A stretch of 32,000 nt of DNA from Moraxella nasovis (GTDB taxonomy: Bacteria; Pseudomonadota; Gammaproteobacteria; Pseudomonadales; Moraxellaceae), in NCBI RefSeq assembly GCF_022701215.1, contig NZ_CP089976.1, forward strand, positions 450,001-482,000, read 5' to 3'. The notes beneath the pieces were generated by a model. It was not told where the DNA came from. It did no database searches and was given only the letters and a program-made list of their open reading frames with translations. Position 1 is the stretch's first letter. The number at the start of each line of letters is the position of its first letter. The position numbers and the translations under genes are program-made. This document shows, in pieces, positions 11,732 to 21,094 of the stretch.

Positions 11732-11911
11732 ATGTGCTGTAATATCGACCTTAATTCACAAGCAGAAGCAGCTCACTTTCTAGGTAAGACTGAGCCGAAA
11801 ATCTTGCCAAAGACAGCAGATAACGTTTCTGCTGGCGTTATTTACTCTAACACGCCTGCGATGAGCTTGTTTGATAAATTAGTCGCTTACTTTAATACCA
11901 AAAAATCTTAA
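11732..11911 (+). CDS. Small hypothetical protein (59 aa)
   Basis: The ATG at 11732 follows GGAGGA (11721-11726) at good spacing. No family recognised. The track start at 11708 is TTG with no RBS. Confidence 0.4.
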   Translation: MCCNIDLNSQAEAAHFLGKTEPKILPKTADNVSAGVIYSNTPAMSLFDKLVAYFNTKKS

Positions 11912-11928
11912 CTCATTAAGGCATTATT

Positions 11929-12309
11929 ATGACAAAACAAATCATCCACACCGATGACGCTCCTGCCGCTGTTGGCACGTACTCACAAGCTGTAAAAGTC
12001 GGTAATACCGTCTATGTATCAGGACAGCTGGGTCTAGACCCAAAAACAATGGAGCTGCACGACGGCTTTACCGAGCAAGCTGAACAGGCTTTAGATAATA
12101 TCGAAGCCATCGCAAAAGCTGCAGGGGGTTCGCTTGCTGATGTCGTGAAGTTTAATGTCTCACTAGATGATCTTAGCGATTTTTCTAAGCTAAATGCTGT
12201 ATTTGAAAAGCGTCTTAGTGCTCCTTATCCTGCTCGTGCAGCTCTTGAAGTGGCAGCCTTGCCTAAAGGCGGTGCAGTTGAGATTGAAGCGATTTTGTGG
12301 ATTGAATAA
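11929..12309 (+). CDS. ridA: RidA/YjgF-family reactive enamine/imine deaminase
   Basis: 126 aa. APAAVGTYSQAV..GN.VYVSGQLGLDP and PARAALEVAALPKGGAVEIEA are the classic family pattern. Confidence 0.9.
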   Translation: MTKQIIHTDDAPAAVGTYSQAVKVGNTVYVSGQLGLDPKTMELHDGFTEQAEQALDNIEAIAKAAGGSLADVVKFNVSLDDLSDFSKLNAVFEKRLSAPYPARAALEVAALPKGGAVEIEAILWIE

Positions 12310-12327
12310 GACAGGCCACACCGCATT

Positions 12328-12353
12328 AGGGGCATATATCGCCCCTTTTTTTT
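12328..12353 (+). terminator. Rho-independent terminator after ridA
   Basis: GGGGC (12329-12333) pairs with GCCCC (12341-12345), followed by an 8-T run at 12346-12353. Confidence 0.8.
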
Positions 12354-12366
12354 ATCCAAGCCTATT

Positions 12367-14646
12367 ATGATGCTATTACGTCTTGCTCTGCCTGTACCCT
12401 TATATCAGTTATTTGACTATCTTTGCCCAAATGATTATCTTAAAGATGGTGCGTTGCCTAAGATAGGGGTGCGAGTGCTTGCTCCATTTGGTCGCCAAAA
12501 ACTTGTCGGCATTATCTTAGCACACATTCCACTTCATCAAGCACAAGTATCGCATGATAAGCTAAAGCCTATCATTAACGTCTTAGATGATACACCCATC
12601 ATTCATGACAAGCTGCTGACATTAGCCCACTGGCTATCAAGCTATTACCACCACCCATTAGGCGATACCTTTAACGTCATGTTGCCTACGCTCATCAATC
12701 AAGGCGAAAATATAGATCGACCCATCACGTTTTGGCAAATCAGTAAAGCTGCCTTATCTGATGATTTTATCAATGCACATCTATCAAAAACCGCCAAAAA
12801 GCAACGTGAACAATTTAACATCATTGCCCAATTTAACCAAGCACAAGAAGAAAGCCATTTATTATCGCTTGGCATAACCCGCCCTACCTTAAATGCACTT
12901 TACCGTAAAAATCTAATTGAAAGACAAGAATGTAAAAAAGCTATTATAAAACCTAAGCCTGCTCAAGTAATCAATACACCTTTAACGCCAACAGCAGAAC
13001 AAAAACACGCCATAGACAGTATTATCAAATCAGTAACTGATAAAGCTTATCAAGGGTTTTTACTAAACGGCATTACAGGTTCTGGCAAGACGGAAGTTTA
13101 TCTACAAGCAATGGCGTATGTGCTATCTTTGGATAAACAGGTGCTCGTATTAGTACCAGAAATTGGGCTAACCCCCCAGACAAAAGCACGCTTTAGTTCA
13201 CGATTTGATGCCAATATCTGCGTTTTGCATTCTGGCATGAATGACACAGAACGCTTACAAGGCTGGCAAGACTGCCGTAATGGCACAGCCCAAATCATCA
13301 TCGGCACACGCTCTAGCATATTATATCCATTTGACAATCTAGGTTTGATTGTTATCGATGAAGCCCATGACAGCTCATATAAGCAGCAAGACCACCTAAG
13401 ATATCATGCTTGTGATGTCGCTATTTGGCGTGGTTACCGCAATAATATACCTGTCGTATTAGGCACAGCAACGCCAAGCCTAGAGCAAATTAAGCTTGTC
13501 TATGATGGTAAACTCACCGAACTTACGCTCACCCACAGAGCGGCTAATGCCAAGATAGCACAGATGGAGCTTGTAGATATGCGACTTGGCACACGCTATG
13601 CAACTCATACCGATGGACGCACGCACGACACCACGCTTAGCCAGAAGGTTGTTTATCATATTCACGAGCACCTAGAACGTGGCGAACAAGTGATGGTTTT
13701 TATTAATCAGCGTGGTTATGCTCCGATTTTATTATGTGATGCCTGTGGCTGGCAAGCTGACTGCCCACGCTGTGACGCCCACCTTACTTTACATAAGTAC
13801 AACAATAAAAGAATCGACCATCTAAAATGCCATCACTGTGGCTATCAGACAGCCTTACCTTGTGCCTGTCCTGAATGCCACAGCCAAAACTTAGATAGCA
13901 TTGGCACAGGAACAACTAAGCTTACCGAGCATCTGCACGCCTTATTTGGCAACCCCCAGACGAATAAACGCACCTACCCCATCGTGCAGATAGACCGTGA
14001 CACCATGCGTAAAAAAGGGGCTTGGGAGCAAATGCACGCTCACATTTTAACAGGTGAGCCGATGATTTTGGTCGGCACTCAAATGATTGCTAAGGGGCAT
14101 CATTTTCCAAGCGTCACTTTGGTGGTTATTGCCAATGCTGATGTTGGATTTTTATCACCAGATTTTCGCTCGCCAGAACACACCGCCCAAAGAATCATTC
14201 AAGTTGCAGGACGTGCAGGACGTGCAGGACGTGCAGGCAAGGTGCTAATTCAGACCCGCCAGCCAGATAATCCCATGCTAACCTTGCTTGCACAGCAAGG
14301 CTACAAAGCATTTGCAAAAAGTCTATTAGATGAACGCCGTATGCTTAGTCTGCCGCCTTTTAGCCATGCTGCTCTTGTTCGTGCCGAAAGCCATAACCTA
14401 GACACCGCACGGCTTGCCATCACTCAAATTGGGCAGACATTATCGCCTTTTAAAGCCATAACATTTATCAGCACTGACGCTCCTATGACTAAGAAAAATG
14501 GGCGTTATCATGTGCAGCTGCTCATCATCGCTAAAGACAGAGCATCTTTACATGGATTACTAAACACCTACTGGCAGCACATCATTAGCCTACCCACCTC
14601 AAAAGCCGTCAAGCTGACCTTGGACATCGATCCGATGGCTTGGTAA
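12367..14646 (+). CDS. priA: Primosomal replication-restart helicase PriA
   Basis: 759 aa. Walker A GITGSGKT, DEAH box (VIDEAHD), a Cys-rich zinc insertion (CDACGW..CPRCDAHL..CHHCGY..CPECHS) and motif VI QVAGRAGR. Confidence 0.95.
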   Translation: MMLLRLALPVPLYQLFDYLCPNDYLKDGALPKIGVRVLAPFGRQKLVGIILAHIPLHQAQVSHDKLKPIINVLDDTPIIHDKLLTLAHWLSSYYHHPLGDTFNVMLPTLINQGENIDRPITFWQISKAALSDDFINAHLSKTAKKQREQFNIIAQFNQAQEESHLLSLGITRPTLNALYRKNLIERQECKKAIIKPKPAQVINTPLTPTAEQKHAIDSIIKSVTDKAYQGFLLNGITGSGKTEVYLQAMAYVLSLDKQVLVLVPEIGLTPQTKARFSSRFDANICVLHSGMNDTERLQGWQDCRNGTAQIIIGTRSSILYPFDNLGLIVIDEAHDSSYKQQDHLRYHACDVAIWRGYRNNIPVVLGTATPSLEQIKLVYDGKLTELTLTHRAANAKIAQMELVDMRLGTRYATHTDGRTHDTTLSQKVVYHIHEHLERGEQVMVFINQRGYAPILLCDACGWQADCPRCDAHLTLHKYNNKRIDHLKCHHCGYQTALPCACPECHSQNLDSIGTGTTKLTEHLHALFGNPQTNKRTYPIVQIDRDTMRKKGAWEQMHAHILTGEPMILVGTQMIAKGHHFPSVTLVVIANADVGFLSPDFRSPEHTAQRIIQVAGRAGRAGRAGKVLIQTRQPDNPMLTLLAQQGYKAFAKSLLDERRMLSLPPFSHAALVRAESHNLDTARLAITQIGQTLSPFKAITFISTDAPMTKKNGRYHVQLLIIAKDRASLHGLLNTYWQHIISLPTSKAVKLTLDIDPMAW
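14206..14237 (+). repeat. In-frame 9-bp tandem repeat (GCAGGACGT x3 plus a partial copy) encoding AGRAGRAGRAG in PriA motif VI
   Basis: Three identical units at 14206-14214, 14215-14223 and 14224-14232, then GCAGG at 14233-14237. Confidence 0.95.
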
Positions 14647-14672
14647 AAGCTAAACGCTCATCAACATCTAAG

Positions 14673-15618
14673 CTAACCGATGCATTTTTTGGGTGTACGT
14701 TTCTTATTTAACGACGTCTGACACCGCCAGATTGTTTCGCCATCTTCTTCCACGAAGCGATACAGCACAAGCGTTTCGCCGTTCAAATAACGGATAGGAT
14801 AATACGCACCTGATACGGTTGCGATAATAGCACAGTCCGTAGTAACGCCTGCAACTTTATCTACCACTTGCATTGCCACACGCTGACCTGATATTGATAC
14901 GGGCAGATTCACTGGACATTTCCCTGTATTTTTGTAGATTTGAGCCACTTGATTTTTGGCGGTATTTGCCGCTTGATAGCTCTCAAAGATAATGTCTTGC
15001 TCTTTTTGCTGACTGATGATAGGCATAAACTGAAAAACGATTATTGCCAAAATCAGACCAAATATTGTAAATGCACATGATAGCCCAAAAATTGACACGC
15101 CACCTTCTTTATGAAGATGTTGCTTTTGTGAGTGTGTATCATTTGGATATAATGCCAATGCATCAGCAATCTCACGACGTGCCATACGGTAATAATAAGC
15201 ATCCGCCCATCTTGCAACCATAGACGCCCAAAACAACCAAACAAAGCCTCCTACCAAAACTCTTACAAAAATCTGCCAATCAGGTGTGATAAATCGCATG
15301 CCTAAAAATTCAAAAATCGCCAAAATAATGGCAATATTTACCTTAATAAATGACCAGCCTGCAATGCAATACACCACGCAATCCAAATACCGCTTACGAT
15401 ATAGTAGCCAGCCAAAGGTGCAAACAAACGCTGCCCAATTCCAACGTGCATATAGTCGCCCCTTTTGGTCAAACTCACCAAAACGCTTAAGATAATACTT
15501 CTGAGAACGCAATCCGATAAACCAGCGATCTAGCTGATCTCGCTGCGTGTGACTAATATCACCTTGATAAAAAGGTGGTGGCGTGGTTTGCTCTAAAAAA
15601 GGCAGTCGTAAAAACATC
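14673..15618 (-). CDS. Membrane protein with an N-terminal DUF2628-like domain fused to a type IV pilin-like C-terminal domain
   Basis: The N-terminal half shows YYLKRF....WNWAAF..GWLLYRKRY, the DUF2628 signature as I recall it, plus TM helices. After a hydrophobic helix, the C-terminal ~120 aa read ESYQAANTAKNQVAQIYKNTGKCP ... WRCQTSLNKKRTPKKC, pilin-like with a terminal Cys-Cys loop. The likely start is the ATG at 15618; the track start at 15635 is TTG. Confidence 0.7.
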
Positions 15619-15650
15619 AAATCACCAATGCACAATCTTAAAAAATTGGT

Positions 15651-15679
15651 TTGCGGTTGTCATGGGCTTAATTTATAAT
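15651..15679 (+). promoter_or_regulatory. Candidate sigma70 promoter for trmB
   Basis: TTGCGG (15651-15656), 17-nt spacer, TATAAT (15674-15679), about 48 nt upstream of the trmB ATG. Confidence 0.5.
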
Positions 15680-15726
15680 GACTGGCTTATTTTACGCCTT
15701 TTTTATTCACAAATAAACCATAATCT

Positions 15727-16560
15727 ATGAACACCAAAAATACCCAAACACCAATCCTAGAGCCTGTCGGCGGCGATCGCCAGACACCTGTCATTAACCC
15801 AGACATCATCAGCGATGAGATTGCTCATCTAGCAAAGACGCCAGAGCAATTTCGTAACATTAACACATTTATGAAGCGTCGCACGCACATGAATCATAAC
15901 GCTGAACTTGCCTTAACATCAAGTGAGTACGCCAACTACATTATTAACCACGATGGTACGCTCGGTAAGCTTGGCGATACCAGCCACATTACAGATTTAC
16001 GCACACACTTTAAAGATTCGCCAAACGGCTATGACGCTCCTTTGACGCTAGAGATTGGCTTTGGCATGGGCGATAGTCTGCTTGAGATGGCACAAAATAT
16101 GCCAAAGCGTAATTTTGTCGGCATTGAAGTGCATGAGCCAGGCATTGGCCGCTGTGCATTTTTAGCCCACGCACTTAATCTGACCAATCTAAAAGTTATC
16201 AATGGCGATGCGATTAAACTATTGACCAATCTACCTTGCGAGCACTTAGATACCGTGCAGCTGTATTTTCCTGACCCATGGCAAAAAAAGCGTCACTATA
16301 AGCGTCGCTTCGTAACTTGTGACCGCATGACAATCGTCGGCAATAGCCTAAAAACTGGTGGTATATTTCATGCTGCCACTGACTGGGAGCATTATGCCTT
16401 ATGGATGCTAGACGTATTAGATGGCATGCCTATCTTTAACAATATCAGTGGTAAAGGCAACTTCACTCCCCGCCCAGACTTTCGACCCGAGACGAAGTTT
16501 GAAAAACGGGGTCAAGATTACGGACGTAGTTCTTGGGATTTAATGTATCAAAAATGCTAA
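15727..16560 (+). CDS. trmB: tRNA (guanine46-N7)-methyltransferase
   Basis: 277 aa. [14 protein letters not shown] site, GIEVH, and [14 protein letters not shown]. Carries a ~30 aa N-terminal extension relative to E. coli TrmB as I recall it. Confidence 0.9.
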   Translation: MNTKNTQTPILEPVGGDRQTPVINPDIISDEIAHLAKTPEQFRNINTFMKRRTHMNHNAELALTSSEYANYIINHDGTLGKLGDTSHITDLRTHFKDSPNGYDAPLTLEIGFGMGDSLLEMAQNMPKRNFVGIEVHEPGIGRCAFLAHALNLTNLKVINGDAIKLLTNLPCEHLDTVQLYFPDPWQKKRHYKRRFVTCDRMTIVGNSLKTGGIFHAATDWEHYALWMLDVLDGMPIFNNISGKGNFTPRPDFRPETKFEKRGQDYGRSSWDLMYQKC

Positions 16561-16589
16561 ACTTTAGGCAGCTTACTTTTATAAATTTT

Positions 16590-17053
16590 TGTGGAACATG
16601 ACAATAATATAATAAAAATGTGCAACTAGCATAAGATTGGCATAATAGTATAAAATTCCCCAAACCCTTACAAACTCTACTCTTAGACCCCACCAAAAAA
16701 GTTATCCCCAAAAACTGTGGATAACTTTGTGGAAAAGGCGATATTTTTTCTTTCAACCGCCCAAAATACGGTGGGTCTAGGTCAATTTTATATAAAATAA
16801 TACTTTCCATATGTTTATTATTTTTATTTATAAAACAATAGCTTATAAAAATTCTATCCAGTAATACATGGCTTAATAATCATCAATTTAAAACCCTGAT
16901 TTTTAAACGATGTTTCACAAAACAAGATAAGACTTTATTGTATTAAATTGTGGATAACTTTTATTTTAATTTGCATGAAGGGCATAATCTTACTTAAAGC
17001 TATGAGCTGACAAACACTGCTAGACTTTAGGTCGCTTTTAACATTTATCCATA
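16590..17053. promoter_or_regulatory. Cluster of DnaA-box-like 9-mers in the AT-rich trmB-recA intergenic region
   Basis: Perfect TGTGGATAA (the reverse complement of TTATCCACA) at 16716-16724 and 16949-16957. TGTGGAAAA at 16728-16736 fits TTWTNCACA. One-mismatch sites: TTATCCCCA 16702-16710, TGTTTCACA 16911-16919, TTATCCATA 17045-17053, TGTGGAACA 16590-16598. Confidence 0.55.
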
Positions 17054-17125
17054 AATTATTGTTAAAATCTGCTATAATAAGAAACTAAACCACTTATATT
17101 AACACTCATACTAAAAGGAAATATC

Positions 17126-18187
17126 GTGGACGAAAATAAAGAAAAGGCATTAAAAGCCGCTCTAGCCCAAATTGAAAAGCAATTTGGTAAAAATACCATC
17201 ATGCACTTAGGTGATGAATCTGCCAAGATTGATGTTGATGTCATCTCCACAGGCTCACTTGGGCTTGATATCGCCCTTGGGATTGGTGGACTGCCAAAAG
17301 GTCGTATCATTGAAATCTTTGGACCTGAAAGCTCAGGCAAGACCACGCTAACCCTGCAAACCATCGCCGAATGCCAAAAACAAGGTGGTACTTGTGCTTT
17401 TATCGATGCTGAACATGCTTTAGACCCTATTTACGCTCGTAAATTAGGCGTTGATATTGATAAACTGATGGTATCTCAGCCTGATAATGGCGAACAAGCT
17501 CTTGAGATTGCTGATATGCTTGTGCGTTCTGGTGCAGTAGATATGATTGTCGTGGATTCTGTTGCCGCCTTAACCCCAAAAGCTGAGATTGAAGGCGAGA
17601 TGGGTGACAGTCACATGGGACTGCAAGCTCGCCTAATGAGCCAAGCTTTACGCAAAATTACAGGTAATGCCAAACGTTCAAACTGCATGGTTATCTTTAT
17701 TAACCAAATTCGTATGAAAATTGGCGTAATGTTCGGTAGCCCAGAGACCACAACAGGTGGTAATGCTTTAAAGTTCTATGCGTCCGTACGCCTTGATATC
17801 CGTCGTATTGGCTCAGTTAAAGAAGGCGAAGAGATAGTTGGCTCAGAAACCCGTGTTAAAGTTATCAAAAATAAAATGGCACCTCCGTTTCGCCAAACCG
17901 AATTTCAAATCATGTACGGCGAAGGCATTAATCGACTCGGTGAAGTTATTGATTTGGGTGTGGATATTGGAGCGATTGGCAAATCTGGTGCATGGTACAG
18001 CTATGGCGATGGTAAAATCGGTCAAGGCAAGGCAAATACTGTCAAATACCTAAAAGATAATCTGCACATCGCCCAAGAAGTTGAGACAAAAATCCGTACC
18101 GAAAAGCTTGGGTCAGTAACCGCTACTAATGACAGTGACGAACCACCTGAGTTTATCGAGGGCATGGAAGATAGTAACGTATTTTAA
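17126..18187 (+). CDS. recA: Recombinase RecA
   Basis: 353 aa. GTG start after AAGGAA. Begins [22 protein letters not shown], has Walker [10 protein letters not shown], and the whole length is highly canonical. Confidence 0.97.
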   Translation: MDENKEKALKAALAQIEKQFGKNTIMHLGDESAKIDVDVISTGSLGLDIALGIGGLPKGRIIEIFGPESSGKTTLTLQTIAECQKQGGTCAFIDAEHALDPIYARKLGVDIDKLMVSQPDNGEQALEIADMLVRSGAVDMIVVDSVAALTPKAEIEGEMGDSHMGLQARLMSQALRKITGNAKRSNCMVIFINQIRMKIGVMFGSPETTTGGNALKFYASVRLDIRRIGSVKEGEEIVGSETRVKVIKNKMAPPFRQTEFQIMYGEGINRLGEVIDLGVDIGAIGKSGAWYSYGDGKIGQGKANTVKYLKDNLHIAQEVETKIRTEKLGSVTATNDSDEPPEFIEGMEDSNVF

Positions 18188-18969
18188 TGAGTAAAATCAA
18201 AACCCTAGACGAAATTTTGGCAGAAATGAATAACCCCACTTCTGCCAAAAATTTAGCACCAAAAACATTTACGCATACCCCAGCTACCCCACAATCATCG
18301 CTCGTTGCCCAAGATAATACCAAAGCAATCACGTCAACTACCCCCATCAAAGCTGTCAATAATTTAAACCCCAAGCATGCAGATAATCATCAGCTTACTC
18401 AGCTACTAAGCGATGTTAAAAAAGAGCCTATTTACCAAAACAATAAAGCGGTGAATCGCCTTAGATGGCTGGCATTTTATTATCTATCTAATCGTGAACT
18501 CTCTACTAAGCAATTACGCCAAAAATTACTAGATAAAGACCAAGACCCTAAAATGGTGGAAGCTTTATTAGTAGAATTTGCTAAAAAAGGCTACCAAAGC
18601 GATGAACGATGTGCCTGTATGCTGGTGCGTGAAGGCGTGCGGCGTGGTCGTGGCAAAAAGCACATTGCTCATAGTATTAAAAAAGCAGGCATTACCTTAG
18701 CCTACTCAATTGATGAGATGATTGCCAAGGCAGGCGTTGATGTGCTTGACGACACCATATTGCACACCGATGACCAAACCGAGCAGGTAGCGGTGAGCTG
18801 GCTAAAGCTTGCTGTTGAAGCACGCTGCAAAAAATACGGCAATCATTTGCCAAAAGATCAAAAAGATAAAGCTCGTCAATTAAGATTCTTACAGTATCGT
18901 GGGTTTGATAATGGCGTATGTTTTGATGCCTTAAAGTACACACTTGATACCCTAGATGAAATTGACTAA
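18187..18969 (+). CDS. recX: RecX-family RecA regulator with a long low-complexity N-terminal extension
   Basis: The ATG overlaps the recA stop (TAATG). The C-terminal ~170 aa show the RecX repeat pattern (YYLSNRELSTKQLRQKL, LVEFAKKGYQSDER). The first ~85 aa are T/P/N/A-rich with no recognisable domain. Confidence 0.8.
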   Translation: MSKIKTLDEILAEMNNPTSAKNLAPKTFTHTPATPQSSLVAQDNTKAITSTTPIKAVNNLNPKHADNHQLTQLLSDVKKEPIYQNNKAVNRLRWLAFYYLSNRELSTKQLRQKLLDKDQDPKMVEALLVEFAKKGYQSDERCACMLVREGVRRGRGKKHIAHSIKKAGITLAYSIDEMIAKAGVDVLDDTILHTDDQTEQVAVSWLKLAVEARCKKYGNHLPKDQKDKARQLRFLQYRGFDNGVCFDALKYTLDTLDEID

Positions 18970-19874
18970 GGGGTGTAACTAGCTGCACCAAACTTCTCCC
19001 AGACCCCAATCTGCTCTGGCTTAGGAATAGAGGTTGAACCAATCTTACGCCAAGGCATATTTTCTCCATGAAAATCGCTACCAACAGAAACAAGCAGCCC
19101 ATGGGATGCGATACTGCGATCTACCATCGCCCTTAAGCTGTCTGGCTCGCCATTTGGTAATTCACACGCATCACCCTTTAAGTTTGCAAAATCTTCAATC
19201 AGCCTTCTGGTTCTAGTTGCTGACAGTCCGTAGCGTGTCGGGTGAGCCAATACAGCAAGACCACCACACTGATGAATCAGTGCTATCGCCTGCTCCATAT
19301 TCATGGCATCGATTGCAACATAGGCAGCTTTACCGTCTGCAAGATACTTATCAAAAGCCGATTGAATGGTTGGTACAAATCCAAGCTCATACAAAACTTG
19401 GGCGATGTGTGCCCTGCCCACCGCTTGTGGATTACCATCTGTCTTTACCAATACTTTTTGCCATAAAAGCTCAGTTAATTCACTATGATCGGCGTTATTA
19501 GCGCCTAATAGCTGACCTAACTTTTGGATAATAGCAAAACCCCGATTATGGCGACTTTCTTGTAAGGCTTGCAAGGCTTTATCCATCTGCTTCACATCAT
19601 CAAAGTCTAGTGCCACCACATGGATTATCTGATTGATCTGTTTATGCTTGCCGTAGCCACCAGATAAAGCATGCGTGCAACTTATCTCAACGCCATTGAT
19701 GAACTGTACGCCCAGACTCTCGGCAGTACTGCGTGCTTGGCATAGCCCAGATACAGTGTCGTGATCTGTCAGAGCAAACATGGTAATGCCTGCTAGACTT
19801 GCCTTATGAATAAGTTGATCAGGTGGATAAGTGCCATCTGAACATGTGCTGTGACTGTGTAGATCATATTTCAT
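18966..19874 (-). CDS. trpH: PHP-domain phosphoesterase (TrpH/YciV family)
   Basis: 302 aa. Begins MKYDLHSHSTCSDG, with downstream His/Asp metal ligands (LTDHD, VLAHP, GSDFHG). Its 3' end overlaps the recX 3' end by 4 nt, convergently. Confidence 0.85.
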   Translation of the reverse strand: MKYDLHSHSTCSDGTYPPDQLIHKASLAGITMFALTDHDTVSGLCQARSTAESLGVQFINGVEISCTHALSGGYGKHKQINQIIHVVALDFDDVKQMDKALQALQESRHNRGFAIIQKLGQLLGANNADHSELTELLWQKVLVKTDGNPQAVGRAHIAQVLYELGFVPTIQSAFDKYLADGKAAYVAIDAMNMEQAIALIHQCGGLAVLAHPTRYGLSATRTRRLIEDFANLKGDACELPNGEPDSLRAMVDRSIASHGLLVSVGSDFHGENMPWRKIGSTSIPKPEQIGVWEKFGAASYTP

Positions 19875-19901
19875 TTGTATTACCGTAAGCTATGTGGTGC
19901 T

Positions 19902-19930
19902 AAAAACAAAAAGCCCCACAAAAGTGAGAC
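19902..19930 (-). terminator. Rho-independent terminator downstream of ftsZ
   Basis: On the minus strand, GUCUCAC-UUUU-GUGGGGC forms a 7-bp stem with two G-U pairs (19913-19930), followed by UUUUUGUUUUU (19902-19912). Confidence 0.55.
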
Positions 19931-19950
19931 TTTTTGATATGTGATGGCGA

Positions 19951-21072
19951 TTACTCATCATCGCCTTGCTGGCGGTTTTGTAGATAATCAGCGATATTAA
20001 TAGGCTTAGCCGCTGGACGAACTTGGGCTGACGGCTGACCTTTTGACATAGAAAGTGCACTTTGATAGCCAGACGCTGATGAAGCTGTTTTTGGCTTGTC
20101 GTCCATTGTAAGACCTGTTGCAATCACAGTGATGTGGATATCATCATCCATGCTCTCATCTTCAACAAAGCCATAAAAAATGTTTGCATTGTCAAGATCG
20201 GTAATACTTTCAACCACTTCAGCAGCTTCGCCCACTTCATCCATCTTCAGATCGGCAGCTGTGATATTAATGATTAGCCCTTTGGCATTTTCTAAACGCA
20301 AATCATCAAGTAGCGGCGAACGGATGGCTTTTTCGGTGGCTTCACGAGCACGATTTTCACCACTAGCACGTCCTACACCCATCATTGCATGACCACGTGC
20401 TGCCATTGCAGTACGCACGTCTTGGAAGTCAAGGTTCATATATCCTTCTGAAGTAATCGCTTGGGCTAGACCATTCACAGCGTGTAATAATACATCATCT
20501 GCTTTTTTAAACGCATCTTTTACTGTAAGGTTGCGATGCACTTGTTGGAGCTTTTCATTTGGAATGGTAATGATAGAATCCACGTGCTGCACAAGCTGTT
20601 CTACGCCATCTTTAGCTGCCATGATACGTCTTTTACCCTCAAAAGTAAAAGGCGTGGTTACCACAGCAACTGTCAAGATCCCCAATTCTTTTGCAATACG
20701 TGCAACTACAGGGGCAGCACCAGTACCTGTACCACCACCCATACCAGCGGTGATAAATACCATGTCATAACCTTCTAAAAATGCACGGATATCTTCTTCG
20801 TCGCCTTCTGCAGCCTCACGACCAACTTCAGGGTTTCCGCCTGCACCTAAGCCTTTACCAAGCTGTAATTTATTTGGCGTAGCAAGCGTATCTAAAGCTT
20901 GGCGGTCAGTATTAATGCCGACAAAGGTCACACCTTTTGCACCTTGGTTGATCATGTGGTTTACCGCATTACCGCCACCACCACCGACACCGAACACGAT
21001 AAGGCGTGCTTGACCATCTGTATCAAATTGTGAACTGTCTGCTAAACCATATGTAGACATACCGAACTCCAT
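19951..21072 (-). CDS. ftsZ: Cell division GTPase FtsZ
   Basis: 373 aa. GVGGGGGNAVNHM and the tubulin signature GMGGGTGTGAAPV. Confidence 0.97.
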   Translation of the reverse strand: MEFGMSTYGLADSSQFDTDGQARLIVFGVGGGGGNAVNHMINQGAKGVTFVGINTDRQALDTLATPNKLQLGKGLGAGGNPEVGREAAEGDEEDIRAFLEGYDMVFITAGMGGGTGTGAAPVVARIAKELGILTVAVVTTPFTFEGKRRIMAAKDGVEQLVQHVDSIITIPNEKLQQVHRNLTVKDAFKKADDVLLHAVNGLAQAITSEGYMNLDFQDVRTAMAARGHAMMGVGRASGENRAREATEKAIRSPLLDDLRLENAKGLIINITAADLKMDEVGEAAEVVESITDLDNANIFYGFVEDESMDDDIHITVIATGLTMDDKPKTASSASGYQSALSMSKGQPSAQVRPAAKPINIADYLQNRQQGDDE

Positions 21073-21094
21073 AAAATTTTATTAAAGTAACACC

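Noticed and set aside
16463-16810. 115-aa minus-strand ORF spanning the trmB 3' end and the trmB-recA spacer
   Set aside because: It overlaps the trmB coding end and runs through very AT-rich DNA full of DnaA-box-like repeats. It has no RBS and no recognisable domain, so it is most likely a chance ORF.
16590-17053. Calling this region oriC outright
   Set aside because: DnaA boxes plus an AT-rich tract are suggestive. Without genome-wide GC skew, dnaA location or coverage data, I cannot distinguish an origin from a datA/DARS-like or promoter-regulatory cluster. It is reported only as a hypothesis.
16980-17125. Searched for a LexA/SOS box (CTGT-N8-ACAG) upstream of recA
   Set aside because: No such palindrome is present. 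Only a TATAAT and a near-DnaA box were seen, so no SOS operator is claimed.
18692-19102. 136-aa minus-strand ORF bridging recX and the PHP gene
   Set aside because: It overlaps two well-supported convergent genes in other frames, and its composition is typical of an antisense artefact.
19890-20123. 77-aa minus-strand ORF overlapping the ftsZ 3' end
   Set aside because: It is an out-of-frame overlap with ftsZ and runs through the ftsZ terminator hairpin. Nothing independent supports it.
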